From Phoronis australis (Eukaryota; Animalia; Phoronida): a stretch of DNA of 52,634 nucleotides. The stretch is from positions 298,223 to 350,856 of the forward strand of contig NMRA01000326.1 in assembly GCA_002633005.1 (NCBI GenBank), read 5' to 3'. Of the stretch, positions 34,133-45,720 are shown one piece after another. A program made the position numbers and the translations under genes. The notes beneath the pieces are model-generated. The model made no database searches and was not told the origin of the DNA. It saw nothing but the letters and a program-made list of their open reading frames with translations. Numbering within the stretch: position 1 is the first letter of the stretch; each line of letters opens with the position of its first letter.

Positions 34133-35764
34133 CATTGCTCTCAAATCTCATGAAGAGTACTAGTAGCAAACCAAATGTGGAATTAGAAAATAGTGTAAAT
34201 AGTTCAAAAACATTACAGATGCATTTGATCTAAGCAATAACATCACTAATAATGGTAATAAATCAAATCTTATCAATTACTTGATTATAACCAAGTAATC
34301 ATATTACCTGATTATAACCAAATTATCTTTTCAATGTTCCTAACACCAAAGCCAGTACTTTCATGCCTTTCAAGTACTTCTGTGTGGTAGTAACAAGTAA
34401 ATTATAATTTTGAACCATGCAATTCAATATTTTTGAAAAATAGATAAGAGTCAAAGCTCAACTATAAATTCACCAAAGACAAATCATAACGCATGTTTCC
34501 ATTAAACCACACTACACTTTTTCAGTTACTGCATTTGTGTTAACGCTCAGTTTGAACTTAACACCAATCTTATTTTTCAAAATTTTCAAAAAAAAGCTAA
34601 ACGCACAGTAACTCAAATTTTATGCAGTCCAGACTTGTACTGTATTTGCAAACATTTGTCCAAGGAGAATGTCTGCTCCCAAAACAACTATTAAATCTGT
34701 GATAGTGTTACATCAATATCAGGCAGCCATTTCATTTGAACACATAATTGCAACTACCCAGACCATAAAACCTGAATCAAGCCTTCATCTAATTGCCCAT
34801 TGACTTACTGTGCATAAATATCTAAAGGACAAGATTTCTTAATGTTGACCTGATTGTTTTGTTATGTAGATTGAAACACCCTAGTGTTAACTAGGATGGA
34901 TACAGTAAATCTCACTGGCAAGGAGTTTTGATTGTTTAAAAATACCCTGGCAAAATGCATTTGTGTTAAATTACACTATGAACGAGAGCACCACTAATTG
35001 GTTTGGCAGCTAATGTTACTGCTATAAATCTCACTTCATTCAATTTAAAGTTGGACGTTTTTCGCTCGAATTTTACGCTCGATGAGACTTCATAATATGG
35101 TCTTCAGTAAGATTGTGTGATTTGAGTGTGTGCCCAAATATTCAATTTTGAGGAAACATTAAACAGGTTTATTGGAGTTTTCCAAAGACAAGACTGCCGT
35201 GTTTATTTGGAAAATTTGCGTTTAGGTATCAAAAGTTAAATCCGAATATAAGCCGACGTGCTGAATGTACACTTGAATGAATCAATACTGTAACTGGCGC
35301 ACAGATTGAAACTAGCAGAGTCGATACATAACACATCCAAATGTGACTGTTCCCACACCAAGGAGTTTATTGTTAAAAATTTGCTGCTTCATTTACCGTT
35401 TTGGTGGCCATTCTCAAGGAAAGTATGTATAGTTACAGGTTTCAACCGTTAATATTTTTTGTGTCGGCGGAAAATTTTCTTTATATATGCCCACAGGGCG
35501 TATTTAAAGATGGGCCTTTCTGCAAAAACTACAATACTGAAATCAAATTAAACAGCTTAATTACACACAGTTGTTTTAAGAAATTGTCACAATCACTTTT
35601 CATCAAAAACCAGCAGAATTTTGGCTAAACAACCAAGGTTGTTTCTTTCTAATTTCCTTTTGGATTTTTGCCACAACTTCATGAAAGCAAAATGAATCTC
35701 CACAAAATCTTTTTCAAAATTACTTTTTTCATTTTACACAAACACCTAAGGACATGTCTGACAC

Positions 35765-36445
35765 TTATTGTCTCCTTGCACGACAGCTTTCCACGACACA
35801 GTCTAAGAGTTTGGAAGCACCGTTGACAGTTATCCCTTTGTGTTGCAGCTCTAACAACCATGCCTCTAGACCTTGTTTACTCTTCTCCAATTTCCAGCAC
35901 AGTCGAATCGTAAGCTGTAGAGTAGGTACAAGGAGAGTGTGGTAATCATTAGACCCAATGGCTTGCAGAGCAAATCGACAGTATTTCTCTGCATTTCCAT
36001 ATTCTTCCATCTCATTGTAGACTGCCGCTATTGCACATACCGAACTGATTACATCCGGATGGTTGGGTGACAGTATTTTTTCCTGAATTTGCACACACAA
36101 GACCATGATGTCTGCACATTCTCCATATTGCGTATTCAACAGTAGATCGTAAGCATGTTCTAAATCAGCTCTGAAGAAGAACAATTGAAGCTCTTCCGAG
36201 TCCAGAATACCTTCTATTGTGTAGATGTGGCACAGATACTGCTCAAAGGCTCGACTTCGCAGCGCAATTGTCTCATCTTTAAAATTTCCACTAATCACTT
36301 TCTTTGGGAAAACAATGTCTTTCATGGCTTGAGGAAATTTCTTCTGCAACGAAGCATTCAGACGTTCAAAGTCAGAGTAGCGCTTCTGTAGCACCACACT
36401 TGAGGAGATCATGTATTCGTTATTACTTATGGTCAGTGAGTAGGT
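35765..36445 (-). CDS. SNX21: SNX20/21-like exon 3 (PX core + TPR-like region)
   Basis: ttgcag acceptor, RYSDF motif, 226 codons to stop. Confidence 0.93.
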   Translation of the reverse strand, partial: TYSLTISNNEYMISSSVVLQKRYSDFERLNASLQKKFPQAMKDIVFPKKVISGNFKDETIALRSRAFEQYLCHIYTIEGILDSEELQLFFFRADLEHAYDLLLNTQYGECADIMVLCVQIQEKILSPNHPDVISSVCAIAAVYNEMEEYGNAEKYCRFALQAIGSNDYHTLLVPTLQLTIRLCWKLEKSKQGLEAWLLELQHKGITVNGASKLLDCVVESCRARRQ

Positions 36446-39400
36446 CTGCAACGAAAAATTGTTACAAGAATTCATATGTATATTAATAATTACTACATGC
36501 TAGTGGCCTGGTAGTTGCCCATTTCCAGTTAGCTAAAGGAGAATGTCACTAAAAAAAACAACCTATTTTGAATCAATTTAGACCATGTAGTTCCACTCGA
36601 TAACAGCAAGTACAGTTCTTTTACCTGACACCTGACGGCAGACGGAGGTGTTGAAATTAACCAATGATGTCACAGGTTCAAACGCAGTCTCTAGAGTAAT
36701 TCACAACACGCTCACTGGTGTAACCTTATCGCTTGAATTCATTGTTTTACACAAATAAATCATCAATATTCGATGTATAACCTTCATAAATACATCCAGT
36801 TCTAGACCAAACGGGTAGTTTTATTTCGCTGTTACGGATTTATAGGTATTTGAACGTACCATAGCCAACAAAGATCGGTAGGCAAGGTCGGTTGACGCGA
36901 GGTCAGTTCGGTGATAAATTTGTATTATTTTTCTGTGAAATATAGATAGGAGAACATAGCTATGTGTTGTTATGTTAGACTTGCGATTTTTTTCAGTTCT
37001 AAACACACAAAATATGTGTTATCCCGGCAAGTGGCACAGCATCCCATCAGGACTGAAGACATCATGAACATAAACCAGCCACAATGGGAAACTAAACTTC
37101 CAGTCACGAAAACACTATACTAGTGAGCCAAAGAAATAATGTGCACGTGATTATTTTGGTGAATTAGCCGCGAAACTGCAAATCTACTTACTCGTCGGGG
37201 GCCGCAAAGTCAGATTCCCCTTCCACAGAACTGTCAGGGCAAAAGTTGTACAGTAATTACAATGATTCGAATAATGTATATGTATATCTGAATAAAGGTT
37301 CCCCTAACATCTCACCACAGGATATAAAACCGAGTTATTGTTTCACAACAACTTTCTGTCAGCTAACAATAAATTAACATGTGCTCACACGGCCTCGGTG
37401 TGCGGTCAATTAGCTTTATTGCATCTAAAGGTGGTAAAGCAGTGATTTATTCATTGCTGGTTTCTCAAAACATTTGCGCTCACCAAAACTCCAAAGGCAT
37501 AACAAATTGCATCTAATGATACAGACTTTGTTTCAGTTTTATATAAGCATTGGTTAGGGTGAGAATAATACATTTTAAAGCAGAACGCACAATAATAAAC
37601 GTCAACATGGCAACTCGTAATCCCGACTTAGACGAGTGCTCATCCAATGAAGACCTCACAAGTCGATCGTTAGGTTTCGCAAGCTATCAGTTCGAACCAG
37701 AATACACTGATCAAGAAATACTAGAGAGACGCCATGAACATGCACAGACACCGGAACATATGGATAGTTCCAAAAATCGATTGAATGACTTGTCATGGTG
37801 TCAGTGAACTAACTGCACAATAATGGAAATGACTGACACTTGCGTTTGCTGCCACGAAATTCCGCAAATGAAACGCTTTCTTGGAGAAGCCCAGATTTTG
37901 CACACCATCTAAACAGTGGTGTGCTTACGGCAAAAACATCCTACACCAGGAGGACTAAACAGAACCCCGACGAACGAGTAAGTCATCAAACAGGTTATAT
38001 AAAATGTTATGTTCTCATGCTTTGAATTAATTGTAATTGTTTATGTTTTCATGGCCAACTACAATTCTCCATAATCAAAAACCAATCAACAACTGATCCG
38101 CGTTTCTTTATCTCCTGCCTGCCGCACGCAAACACACTAGGCACAGCATCCGACTTTAGCCTCAGTCTATTTTTCTGCTCTGGCATGAGCTGTTTGGTAA
38201 GACGGCATTCATCAGTGAAATCACTGTTGACGAAATGCTGGTCAGACACGGAGATGTTTCACGGCCTCATACTTGGTATTAACAGCATACTTTTGATTCT
38301 TCACTGCCTCGAGCTGCTTCTGAAGCATAACAGGTGCTCGAGAAAATCAAAAAAAAAGATATACCCGCTTTCCTCGCAGCTTCATGGTTCGCACCAGCGG
38401 GAACGATACACCACAAGGTCATACCGGCAGGCCTTTATGCAGCGTACGTCCTGGGCGTCCAAATGGACCCCCTAGCACTAGTCTGGCTGCCCTGGCAAGG
38501 ACACCCAATGTATCATTTGGACGCCCACTGTCAATAGGAACCTTTCAGGTTTGGACTCACACATTGTAATGAATACTGAGAAGCCTCTGAAGGCTCACAG
38601 TGGGGGCTGTTTTTACAAAGTAGGAAGAAATATACAAAATAAACAAATTATATACAATGTTGCTATGCTCACACTTGGTTGATAGCATTGTAAAAGTCTT
38701 GGTCTACAGTTTTTTTTAGTAAAAATGCTCACTACAGAATCAGAAGGTTGTTTTGTAAACTTAAAAACCTTGGTCTATACATTTTTTTGTAAAAAATGTG
38801 TGTCTGGGGGGATTGGGGGGGTGGGGGGTTACGCGTTGGAATCATGGACGCCCTGGAATATTGGGAACCCCATTTTGGACACCCTATCTTCAAAATCCTA
38901 GATAAAGGTCTGCATAGCGGCACTCACTCTGCAGAAGAACCACTGACATCACTGTGTCGTTTCTCACCTTCCTCACAGGTTAACGCGACACCTCTCGGCG
39001 AGGTAAGTTTGACCGTGATATAGATGGTGATGTGGATATAAACCAATTAAGACGGTAAAAAAAACTAATTAAATCGGGTGGCATTCTCCTTTAACTCCAC
39101 TACGAATATCACTGGCATTTCCTGATGAAAGGTTTAAATGTGAGTTATCATAGACTTTCATAACATAAAGCAGTTTTAGACAAGTAATATAAATGTCATG
39201 TAAAATTTATATGAAATCCCAAAAACTTCCAACATTTTGTTTTAAAATGGCCATTGTTTATTTTCAACAATCCACAATATGACATTAAATAGGATTGAAA
39301 ATGGCAACCAATCAGCAACCAACCACGTTATCCAGTAACAAGGGTGTCTTACAGTATGCGAGTGTGTGACCAACTGAGTAGACTTTCCAGAGCTCAAAAC

Positions 39401-41142
39401 AGTTAAGTTTTGTTTAAAAATTAATAATCAATAAAACATAAATGATTATTTTGACATAAACAACTTACCATAACAAAAAAATCTAGCTTTTCTATCACAA
39501 ATGAAAACTTTCTTCGGATAAATATGAAAATGTCTTTCAAAAACACACATAAACTAAAAAACATAATATTACATAATGAGCGAATTCCATAATAAACAAT
39601 GGTTACCACAAATCTCGATCTTCCTTGTTTTACTATCTTGGCCGATGATATTTCAAACAAGACACCTCTGTTGTCGACCTGATCAGACTTGACAGGCACA
39701 TCTTCCAGAAACCTTTTGGGAGAAGATTTTTCTGTAAAATTAACAAAGAAGTGCATCAGTATGCACCAGAATGAAAAATTCCTTTCAAGTGGAGTTTAAG
39801 GTGCACAAGCTCCATATCAGGGGTGGTACATTGAAACTCACCGTGGAGCGGAACCACTCACCACAGATCATACTGAGTGGTTGTCAAAAAATCTCACAAC
39901 AATGACAAGGAGTCCATCTAAATAATTGTCAGTGACAAGTGTCCTGTGGCCTTAGATAAAAGTCAGAATACCACCCCTGCATACAATTAATTTAAAACTA
40001 TGACAATCTTGAGTATTAGAGCATATACACATACTTTAGTGTGTGCTTTTACAGACCTAAGCGTCCACATTCTTAATGATACATTTTTCCAAAAACATTC
40101 TGCTCAAGTGTTTTGCTTGCACCTATGTTTGAACCATGACCTTCTGGATTTTTTTCGGATGAAGAGAAAATCCTCCAGACCCATAACCACCAATTGCCCC
40201 TTTTTCAGTCACGGCCCCTAATCAGCACAAGAAGTCAACTTGAAAGCAGACATGTTGCATTTAAAAATCTTCGTACATTGCTTAGAGTGGATCAGCCAGC
40301 AGACCTAGTTTTTCCTGGAATTGGACAAGACTGAGCATTAAGGATGGCAGATAATGAAGCCAGGATTCCCATGAACCACAACCTTACCCTCTGACACAGC
40401 GCCACCTATACTTTCGTTTAGCACTGTGATAGAGTGTACCACAACCTTGCAATGATAGAAAAATCCAGATCCTGTTCTCCACATCAAAGCTGTAATCATA
40501 ATCTCGAACCCATAGTCTGGGGTTGTGATAGCCTCGCTCCTGCCTCTAGCGGCAGTCGCCTTTGCATGCAAGCTGAAAATACAGTCCATTTCCTGACTGT
40601 ATGGAAAGTCATGCGAGTTAACTAGCTTTCCTTATATGGAAAGTCATAGTGAGTTGGCTGGCCTTCCTAACATGGAAAGTCATGCGAGTTGGGTAGCCTC
40701 CTCACATTTGAAAACAGCTATGTTACTTAATCATTTGAATGAATTCGTGTTAGACATGGACCACAATTTTACTTGATATAAACATAATGCATTTTCATTT
40801 TGGCCTGGTGTAAAGATTGCTCCTGGATCGATGCCCAGCTACACACCCCCAGCCCATGACCCTAGGCTAGTCCTACTCTGTAGAGGCCTCGGAAAATGGC
40901 AGCCGCGGCAAACTAGGCCTCTACTGAATATTTAACGTTACAGATTTCTGACACAAACCCTTCACGTGATTTTCTTGCTTTGTAATAGTGAAGGATAGCT
41001 GTCCACTTAAGGTCGATTGTCTTGCACCGGAGGCGGAGAACGCATCTTCTTCCTCGTCATCGATCAAACTCAACTCACTGTCAATGCCGTCTGCACTTAG
41101 GCAGTCATCAATATTTAATTCTCGAATTTTTTTCGACGTCAT
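35765..41142 (-). CDS. SNX21: Sorting nexin 20/21-like (PX domain + C-terminal TPR-like PXB region), 3 exons, ~329 aa
   Basis: Exons 41142-40959 (ATG; acidic N-terminus DDEEEDAF..LSGQLSF; G|GTTTGT), 39731-39607 (LFEISSAKIV..RFV|GTAACC), 36445-35765 (TYSL..KRYSDFERL..FPKK..GNF..ETIALRSRAFEQYL..FF, then helical TPR-like region ending IRLCWKLEKSK). Total 990 nt with consistent phases. Co-orthologue of SNX20/SNX21. Confidence 0.9.
37607..37977 (+). pseudogene. Decayed Cys-rich P2X7-ballast/nanor-like (KolX-type) ORF inside the transposon
   Basis: MATRNPD..SYQFEPEY..NRLNDLSWCQ*TNCTIM....TCVCCHEI, frameshift, PDFAHHLNSGVL..Y.., then GA|GTAAGT donor; the stop replaces a conserved Cys of WCxCxNC. 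Confidence 0.7.
38049..38420 (-). pseudogene. Decayed THAP zinc-finger (5' part of the putative transposase gene)
   Basis: ..KYEAVKHLRVSDQHFVNSDF...RLRLKSDAVPSVF, the THAP CxxHF...LKxxAVP signature with Cys lost; frameshifts upstream. Confidence 0.75.
38428..38912. mobile_element. hAT-type MITE nested in the Kolobok-like element
   Basis: TIRs CAGGCCTTTATGCAG / CTAGATAAAGGTCTG; 8 bp TSD CATACCGG / CATAGCGG (7/8 match); absent from copy 1. Confidence 0.75.
39607..39731 (-). CDS. SNX21: SNX20/21-like exon 2 (start of PX domain)
   Basis: ttttacag acceptor, GTG|GTAACC donor, LFEIxSAKIV motif. Confidence 0.88.
39818..39979. mobile_element. Small hAT-like MITE remnant
   Basis: 11 bp TIR CAGGGGTGGTA / TACCACCCCTG; no clear TSD. 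Confidence 0.45.
40959..41142 (-). CDS. SNX21: SNX20/21-like exon 1 (MTSKKIRELNIDD...ENHVK)
   Basis: ATG at 41142, phase-1 GT donor at 40958. Confidence 0.8.
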
Positions 41143-41544
41143 GCCGCAGCCTGAGTTTTCCAAGAGTTAACACTATAAATCGAGAGCTATATCTTTCATA
41201 TTGACATAAATTTAAGCTCTAAAATGCTAATGAAAAGCCTGCAGTACAAACTGGTCTACCATAACTCATAACTCGGTACAGGATTTTGTGGCATGGCAAT
41301 ACGAATACTATTAAGTATTTAGAGTTTTTCTAGGTTGTTGCAAAGATGGGTACACAATTTTTTCGCTCTTTCATTTTGTGATTGTTCGTCAACCAAGGGA
41401 GACCCTTGAGGTACAATTCCACACATTCAGCAATTTCTTGGCAAACCTAGTCAACAAACCCGGAAATTACACTGGTTCAGCACGGCCGACCTGTCACGGC
41501 CTTTTCATCCCGTCGTTCGGAACCACTCAAACCTATATCGTACT

Positions 41545-42457
41545 ACCGGAATTTTCCGTAGATAAACCCATGGGCGACGGTGTATTCGGAAAATGAAAAA
41601 TTAAAACGTTTTAGTAGCACCAAATAAACCCCGGGGCGTTTATTCGGAAAAGGGGGATGGGGTTAAGCGGAAAGTGCAGTTCCGTCAGCCCTCAGTGACT
41701 GACATTTTTTACTTTAAAAACAGTTCATCTCAACACTGAAGAGATGCATAGTTCGCCAGCACTTTGTTCGTTNGACTGGGTCGCGTTTGCGACCTGTCAC
41801 GGCCTTTTCATCCCGTCGTTCGGAACCACTCAAACCTATATCGTACTACCGGAATTTTCCGTAGATAAACCCATGGGCGACGGTGTATTCGGAAAATGAA
41901 AAATTAAAACGTTTTAGTAGCACCAAATAAACCCCGGGGCGTTTATTCGGAAAAGGGGGATGGGGTTAAGCGGAAAGTGCAGTTCCGTCAGCCCTCAGTG
42001 ACTGACATTTTTTACTTTAAAAACAGTTCATCTCAACACTGAAGAGATGCATAGTTCGCCAGCACTTTGTTCGTTTTTTTAAAAGAACAAAACTTAATTT
42101 GTGGCTTATTGGGCTTTAGAAGAGGAAATTTTCCGAATAAACGCCCCACTGTCGACTGGACACTTGCACTGAGTCACGGTGGCGCATTTAGAGGGGGGCC
42201 ATGCCCCCCCCCCTAAAATTCTCCCGCTTACCCATTTGGAAGTTCGGGGTGAGAATGTCTGACGGGCAAAATCCTGGCTAATACTCTGCCTTGGCCCCCC
42301 TAACTCAAAATCCTGGATTCGCCCCTGACTTGCCGGATCATACCACTGAAAAGTTGTAACACCAAAATAAACGCCCGTGGGCGTTTACTCGGCATGATTT
42401 TCCAAATAAACGCCCGTGGGCTTTCTTCAGTTGGGCTTATGTACGGAAAACCCAGGA
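41545..42457. mobile_element. MITE with repeated AATAAACGCCC motifs (Tc1/mariner-like), containing a nested G/C-rich MITE at ~42176-42327
   Basis: Imperfect TIRs TTTTCCGTAGATAAACCCA / TGGGCTTATGTACGGAAAA; the nested piece ends AAAATCCTGGATTCGCCCCTG. Confidence 0.55.
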
Positions 42458-43589
42458 GTTTTTCAACAACAAGACATTTTTGGGTGTTAAAATTACGATA
42501 CAGTATTTTACGGGAGGAAATCACATTTAGCCTAAATGAAAAGTTTAGGCCCTAAAAACAGGTGTGTTAACATAACTTTCGAAAAATTACTCATAATTGC
42601 TTAGCTAAGTGTACTGTGTGCGTGTGCGTGAGCGTGTGTGCGGGTGTTAAAAATAACATTTTCTCTTTGTTATGAATATTGTTACTTTCTAGAATTCAAT
42701 TTCTTTAGTAACATAGCAATCGTAAAAATATATTCCAATGTGTCTTGTTTAGAGTAGAAATTTCTATGGAGGGTCGTACACTGCAACCAACTATACATTT
42801 CAGTGCAACATAGTAGATGTCTGCCCATCTCAGACAACCTATATCTGATAATTTCGAAAAAATAATTGATCACATTTTCGCTCCACATTTTTGTAAATAT
42901 CGCTACATCCTGAATTTTTGCTGTTTTGCTGAAGAATGTCATTGTATCAAACGACACCAATTGGTCCAATTAACATATTTTAAAAGATGTCACGGTGATA
43001 ATTTTGGACCGTCGAACGCCTGACTAAAATCTTCACAGCAACTGAGAGGGATCCGTATTATAAAATCTTGTCTTTGTAGGGTAGAAGTCTCTTGAACCAT
43101 TTAGTTGATATTACATCCCTGTAGGTTTAACAAGTTATTTATGTAATCGGACTGGTTCATCTCAGGCTTTAATTATGTTGCTATTACATCATTACATCAT
43201 CTGTTATTTGTCGCATTTTGGTAAACACTCATGGTTTTTGAATTAAAAGAAAATATTTTTAAGCCTGACAGGTATGCAAAATGATAATCATTTATGGATT
43301 AAGTCATTGCATCACACACCATCAACAATAATTGTATTTATGCACATTTTAAAAGACGAGCTCCGACTAGGAGTAACCGCCCAAGTTCTGTGCCTTGTAC
43401 TTCCAGGAAACACAATTAGAATACTTTTTTTCTGATTCCAGCTTAATGATTTCAAAATACATAATTACAGCAGCAACTTGCCCAGTGTCTTCACAATTGC
43501 ATAGAGCTTGTCCCCCACGACGGTAACCACCAAGAAAAATAGACGTACCCTCGTCGCCGTTTTTCAAGCAAACAGACACAAGGTGGCAG

Positions 43590-43721
43590 TCTGGCGATGA
43601 CGTCACTGTCCATAAGTGACCGGAAAATGACCCATATTAGCGTGCGCTTGTCGAGTGATACTCAACGGTGAACAGCGGACAGTTTGGTGTATCACTCCAA
43701 GAATCTATGGTCCTGGTAAGT
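43590..43721 (+). promoter_or_regulatory. Probable promoter/first exon of an unidentified + strand gene divergent from SNX21
   Basis: Locally CpG-rich; CRE palindrome TGACGTCA (~43598), ETS-like ACCGGAA (~43619), strong donor CTG|GTAAGT at 43716 preceded by ATG GTC CTG. Confidence 0.55.
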
Positions 43722-45008
43722 TTTTATGATATTTATTTATTTGATTGGAAAACAAGGTGCGAAAAGCGCTGCCAACAAAACGAATTTGCAGTCAGTGTGG
43801 GTGTGTGAAGTCACATCTCTTGTAAGTCCGGTTGTCAAGTCGAGACAAGTGGAATTTTGAACAGTTCTGTATGTTCCGAGTCTAATTTCCACTGACGATT
43901 TGTACAGGTTCGCACTGTAATACTTTGGTTTTAACTCAGGGTGTTCGCATTGCGTGCTGAAATTCCATCGTCACGATTGCTTAATAAATCGATGGAATAT
44001 TTCATTTATAAAGTCTGTTATTTGGAGTGAAGTTGCCTGCACGTCGATGTCATGGAAAATTACACCACTCGCTCACCAGGTCACTGATACTGATGCCAGT
44101 AGTCTCAGTACAGTAGTCACAAACACGGAGACAGTTAGACTAACTAAGTCTAAATCAGTTAGTATTCCTGTTCATTGCACCAGTGGAAGGTTCGTTCATT
44201 ATGGTTATCTGGTAGGTTTCAAGAAGTCACTATTGACTTTTAGTTTTAATGGTGGCAGTAGTGTGCCAGTGTGGTAGTAGACCTACAAAGCTTAGAAATA
44301 CTAATGTACAAATTAGAATAAATTTGGGTTGCAGTTGGCTAATTAAAATTTGACAGCATTAAACACCACACTCTTCCTTGAGTGAACTACGTTGACTGAC
44401 CTAAATCGTGCCGACCTAAAAATCGGACGTTATATAAATTCTTATTTGATGCGAAATCTGAGAAATAAATGACTTCATTTTCCATTCCATTCCATTGCAT
44501 TGCATTCAACATCCCATACTGTCTCGTTTTTGTTATGACATTTCATAGACAATTTTGTTTCAAGCAAAGCTATGTACTACCTGCAAAATACATATTTAAA
44601 AGTACAATTATTACAATTTGGTGACAATGTGCCAGTAGTCAATTCCATGGTTAGTCATTACCATATTTGGTCATTTTATGGCTGTGTGCCATATACACCA
44701 ACATGGTGTCCAATTTTGAGGTTCTTTGAGCGATTCCTTGTTGTGTTTCTTAAAGATCAGTTGGAACATAAATAGGGCTTGTGGTAAACAATTCTGTAAA
44801 AGTAAGTATTTATCTCAGTGAAGAATTTACAGGTCTGTACTGCAGTAATATTTTCAATGAAATATAGTGGAAAGTGTGCCAAAACATTTGCTTGAGTTTT
44901 TACTTGGTTACTGGCGCTTAAACCAGTGCTGTTAGTTCATTATTCTTCAGATAAATTTGCAGTGCTCAACTTTGTGAACTACAGCTCGTCTATTCGACCT
45001 CAGTTTTT

Positions 45009-45720
45009 TTATTATTATTATTTTTATTATTATTATTAATGTAATATTTACAATGAGGGTATCCCCATCACTTCACACTGCTTTCCATGGGGCCCTCAGT
45101 AAAAAACAAACAGATAGTAAGATAAAAACAGAATTACACAATGAAAGACAAATTTAAGTAATAAGCAAAGAATAAGAAATTAACGTCAAAAGACAGATGA
45201 AGCAAAATAAAAATAAAATATGACAAGTAAAAGATAAAGAAATTAAGACAAGATAATTAACTAAAAAAATATAAATGTTAAAAATTAAAACAGACAATAA
45301 ATGATTAATAAAAGTAAGACATTATATAAATAACAAATGAACAAACATGCAATTCTTAGACACTAAATGAAGTTAAATCTATTTCTTATAATTCTTTTAA
45401 AGGTTAGAAAGGATGATGTAGATTTGGCATCTGCAGGGAGAGAGTTGCATAAAAAGGGCCCGCTGTAGGAAAATGATTTTTTCCCAGTTTCGCTTCTGCG
45501 TTTAGGAACATTGAAATCAGATGATGATGAGGACCTAGTATTGTAGCGATTAGTAGTCATCTTAAACTTAGCACATAAGTAAGATGGGACAAGACTTAAA
45601 ACATTTGTACATACAACAAGCAGATAGGAATTGAAGTCTTGTGTGAATTTTCATTATATCAGTCTCTTTATGAAGGTTTTCAATACTAATATCTCTAACA
45701 CCAGGTGATCTGGTAAAACC
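45009..45720 (-). mobile_element. 5'-truncated LINE (CR1/L2-group) 3' end
   Basis: Minus-strand peptide RYNTRS..VPKRRSETGKKSFSYSGPFLCNSLP..SSFLTFK resembles CR1/L2-clade ORF2 C-termini; T-rich 3' UTR, GAGGG..CCCTC terminal stem and (TAA)n tail. Confidence 0.8.

Larger units (their letters stand above)
36537..39090. mobile_element. Kolobok-like DNA transposon deletion derivative (copy 2) in SNX21 intron 2
   Basis: CTAA|AGGAGAATGTCAC ... GTGGCATTCTCCT|TTAA; about 1 kb of the left arm and the right arm are homologous to 30561-31993; carries decayed convergent ORFs. Confidence 0.82.

Noticed and set aside
37550-37807. Host P2X7-like or THAP gene nested in the SNX21 intron
   Set aside because: In-frame stop, frameshifts and enclosure by TIRs/TSD indicate transposon remnants.
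41487-42075. 286 bp apparently identical tandem duplication near the SNX21 promoter
   Set aside because: The copies are separated by a single N (41773) plus 16 bp; most likely an unmerged contig overlap.
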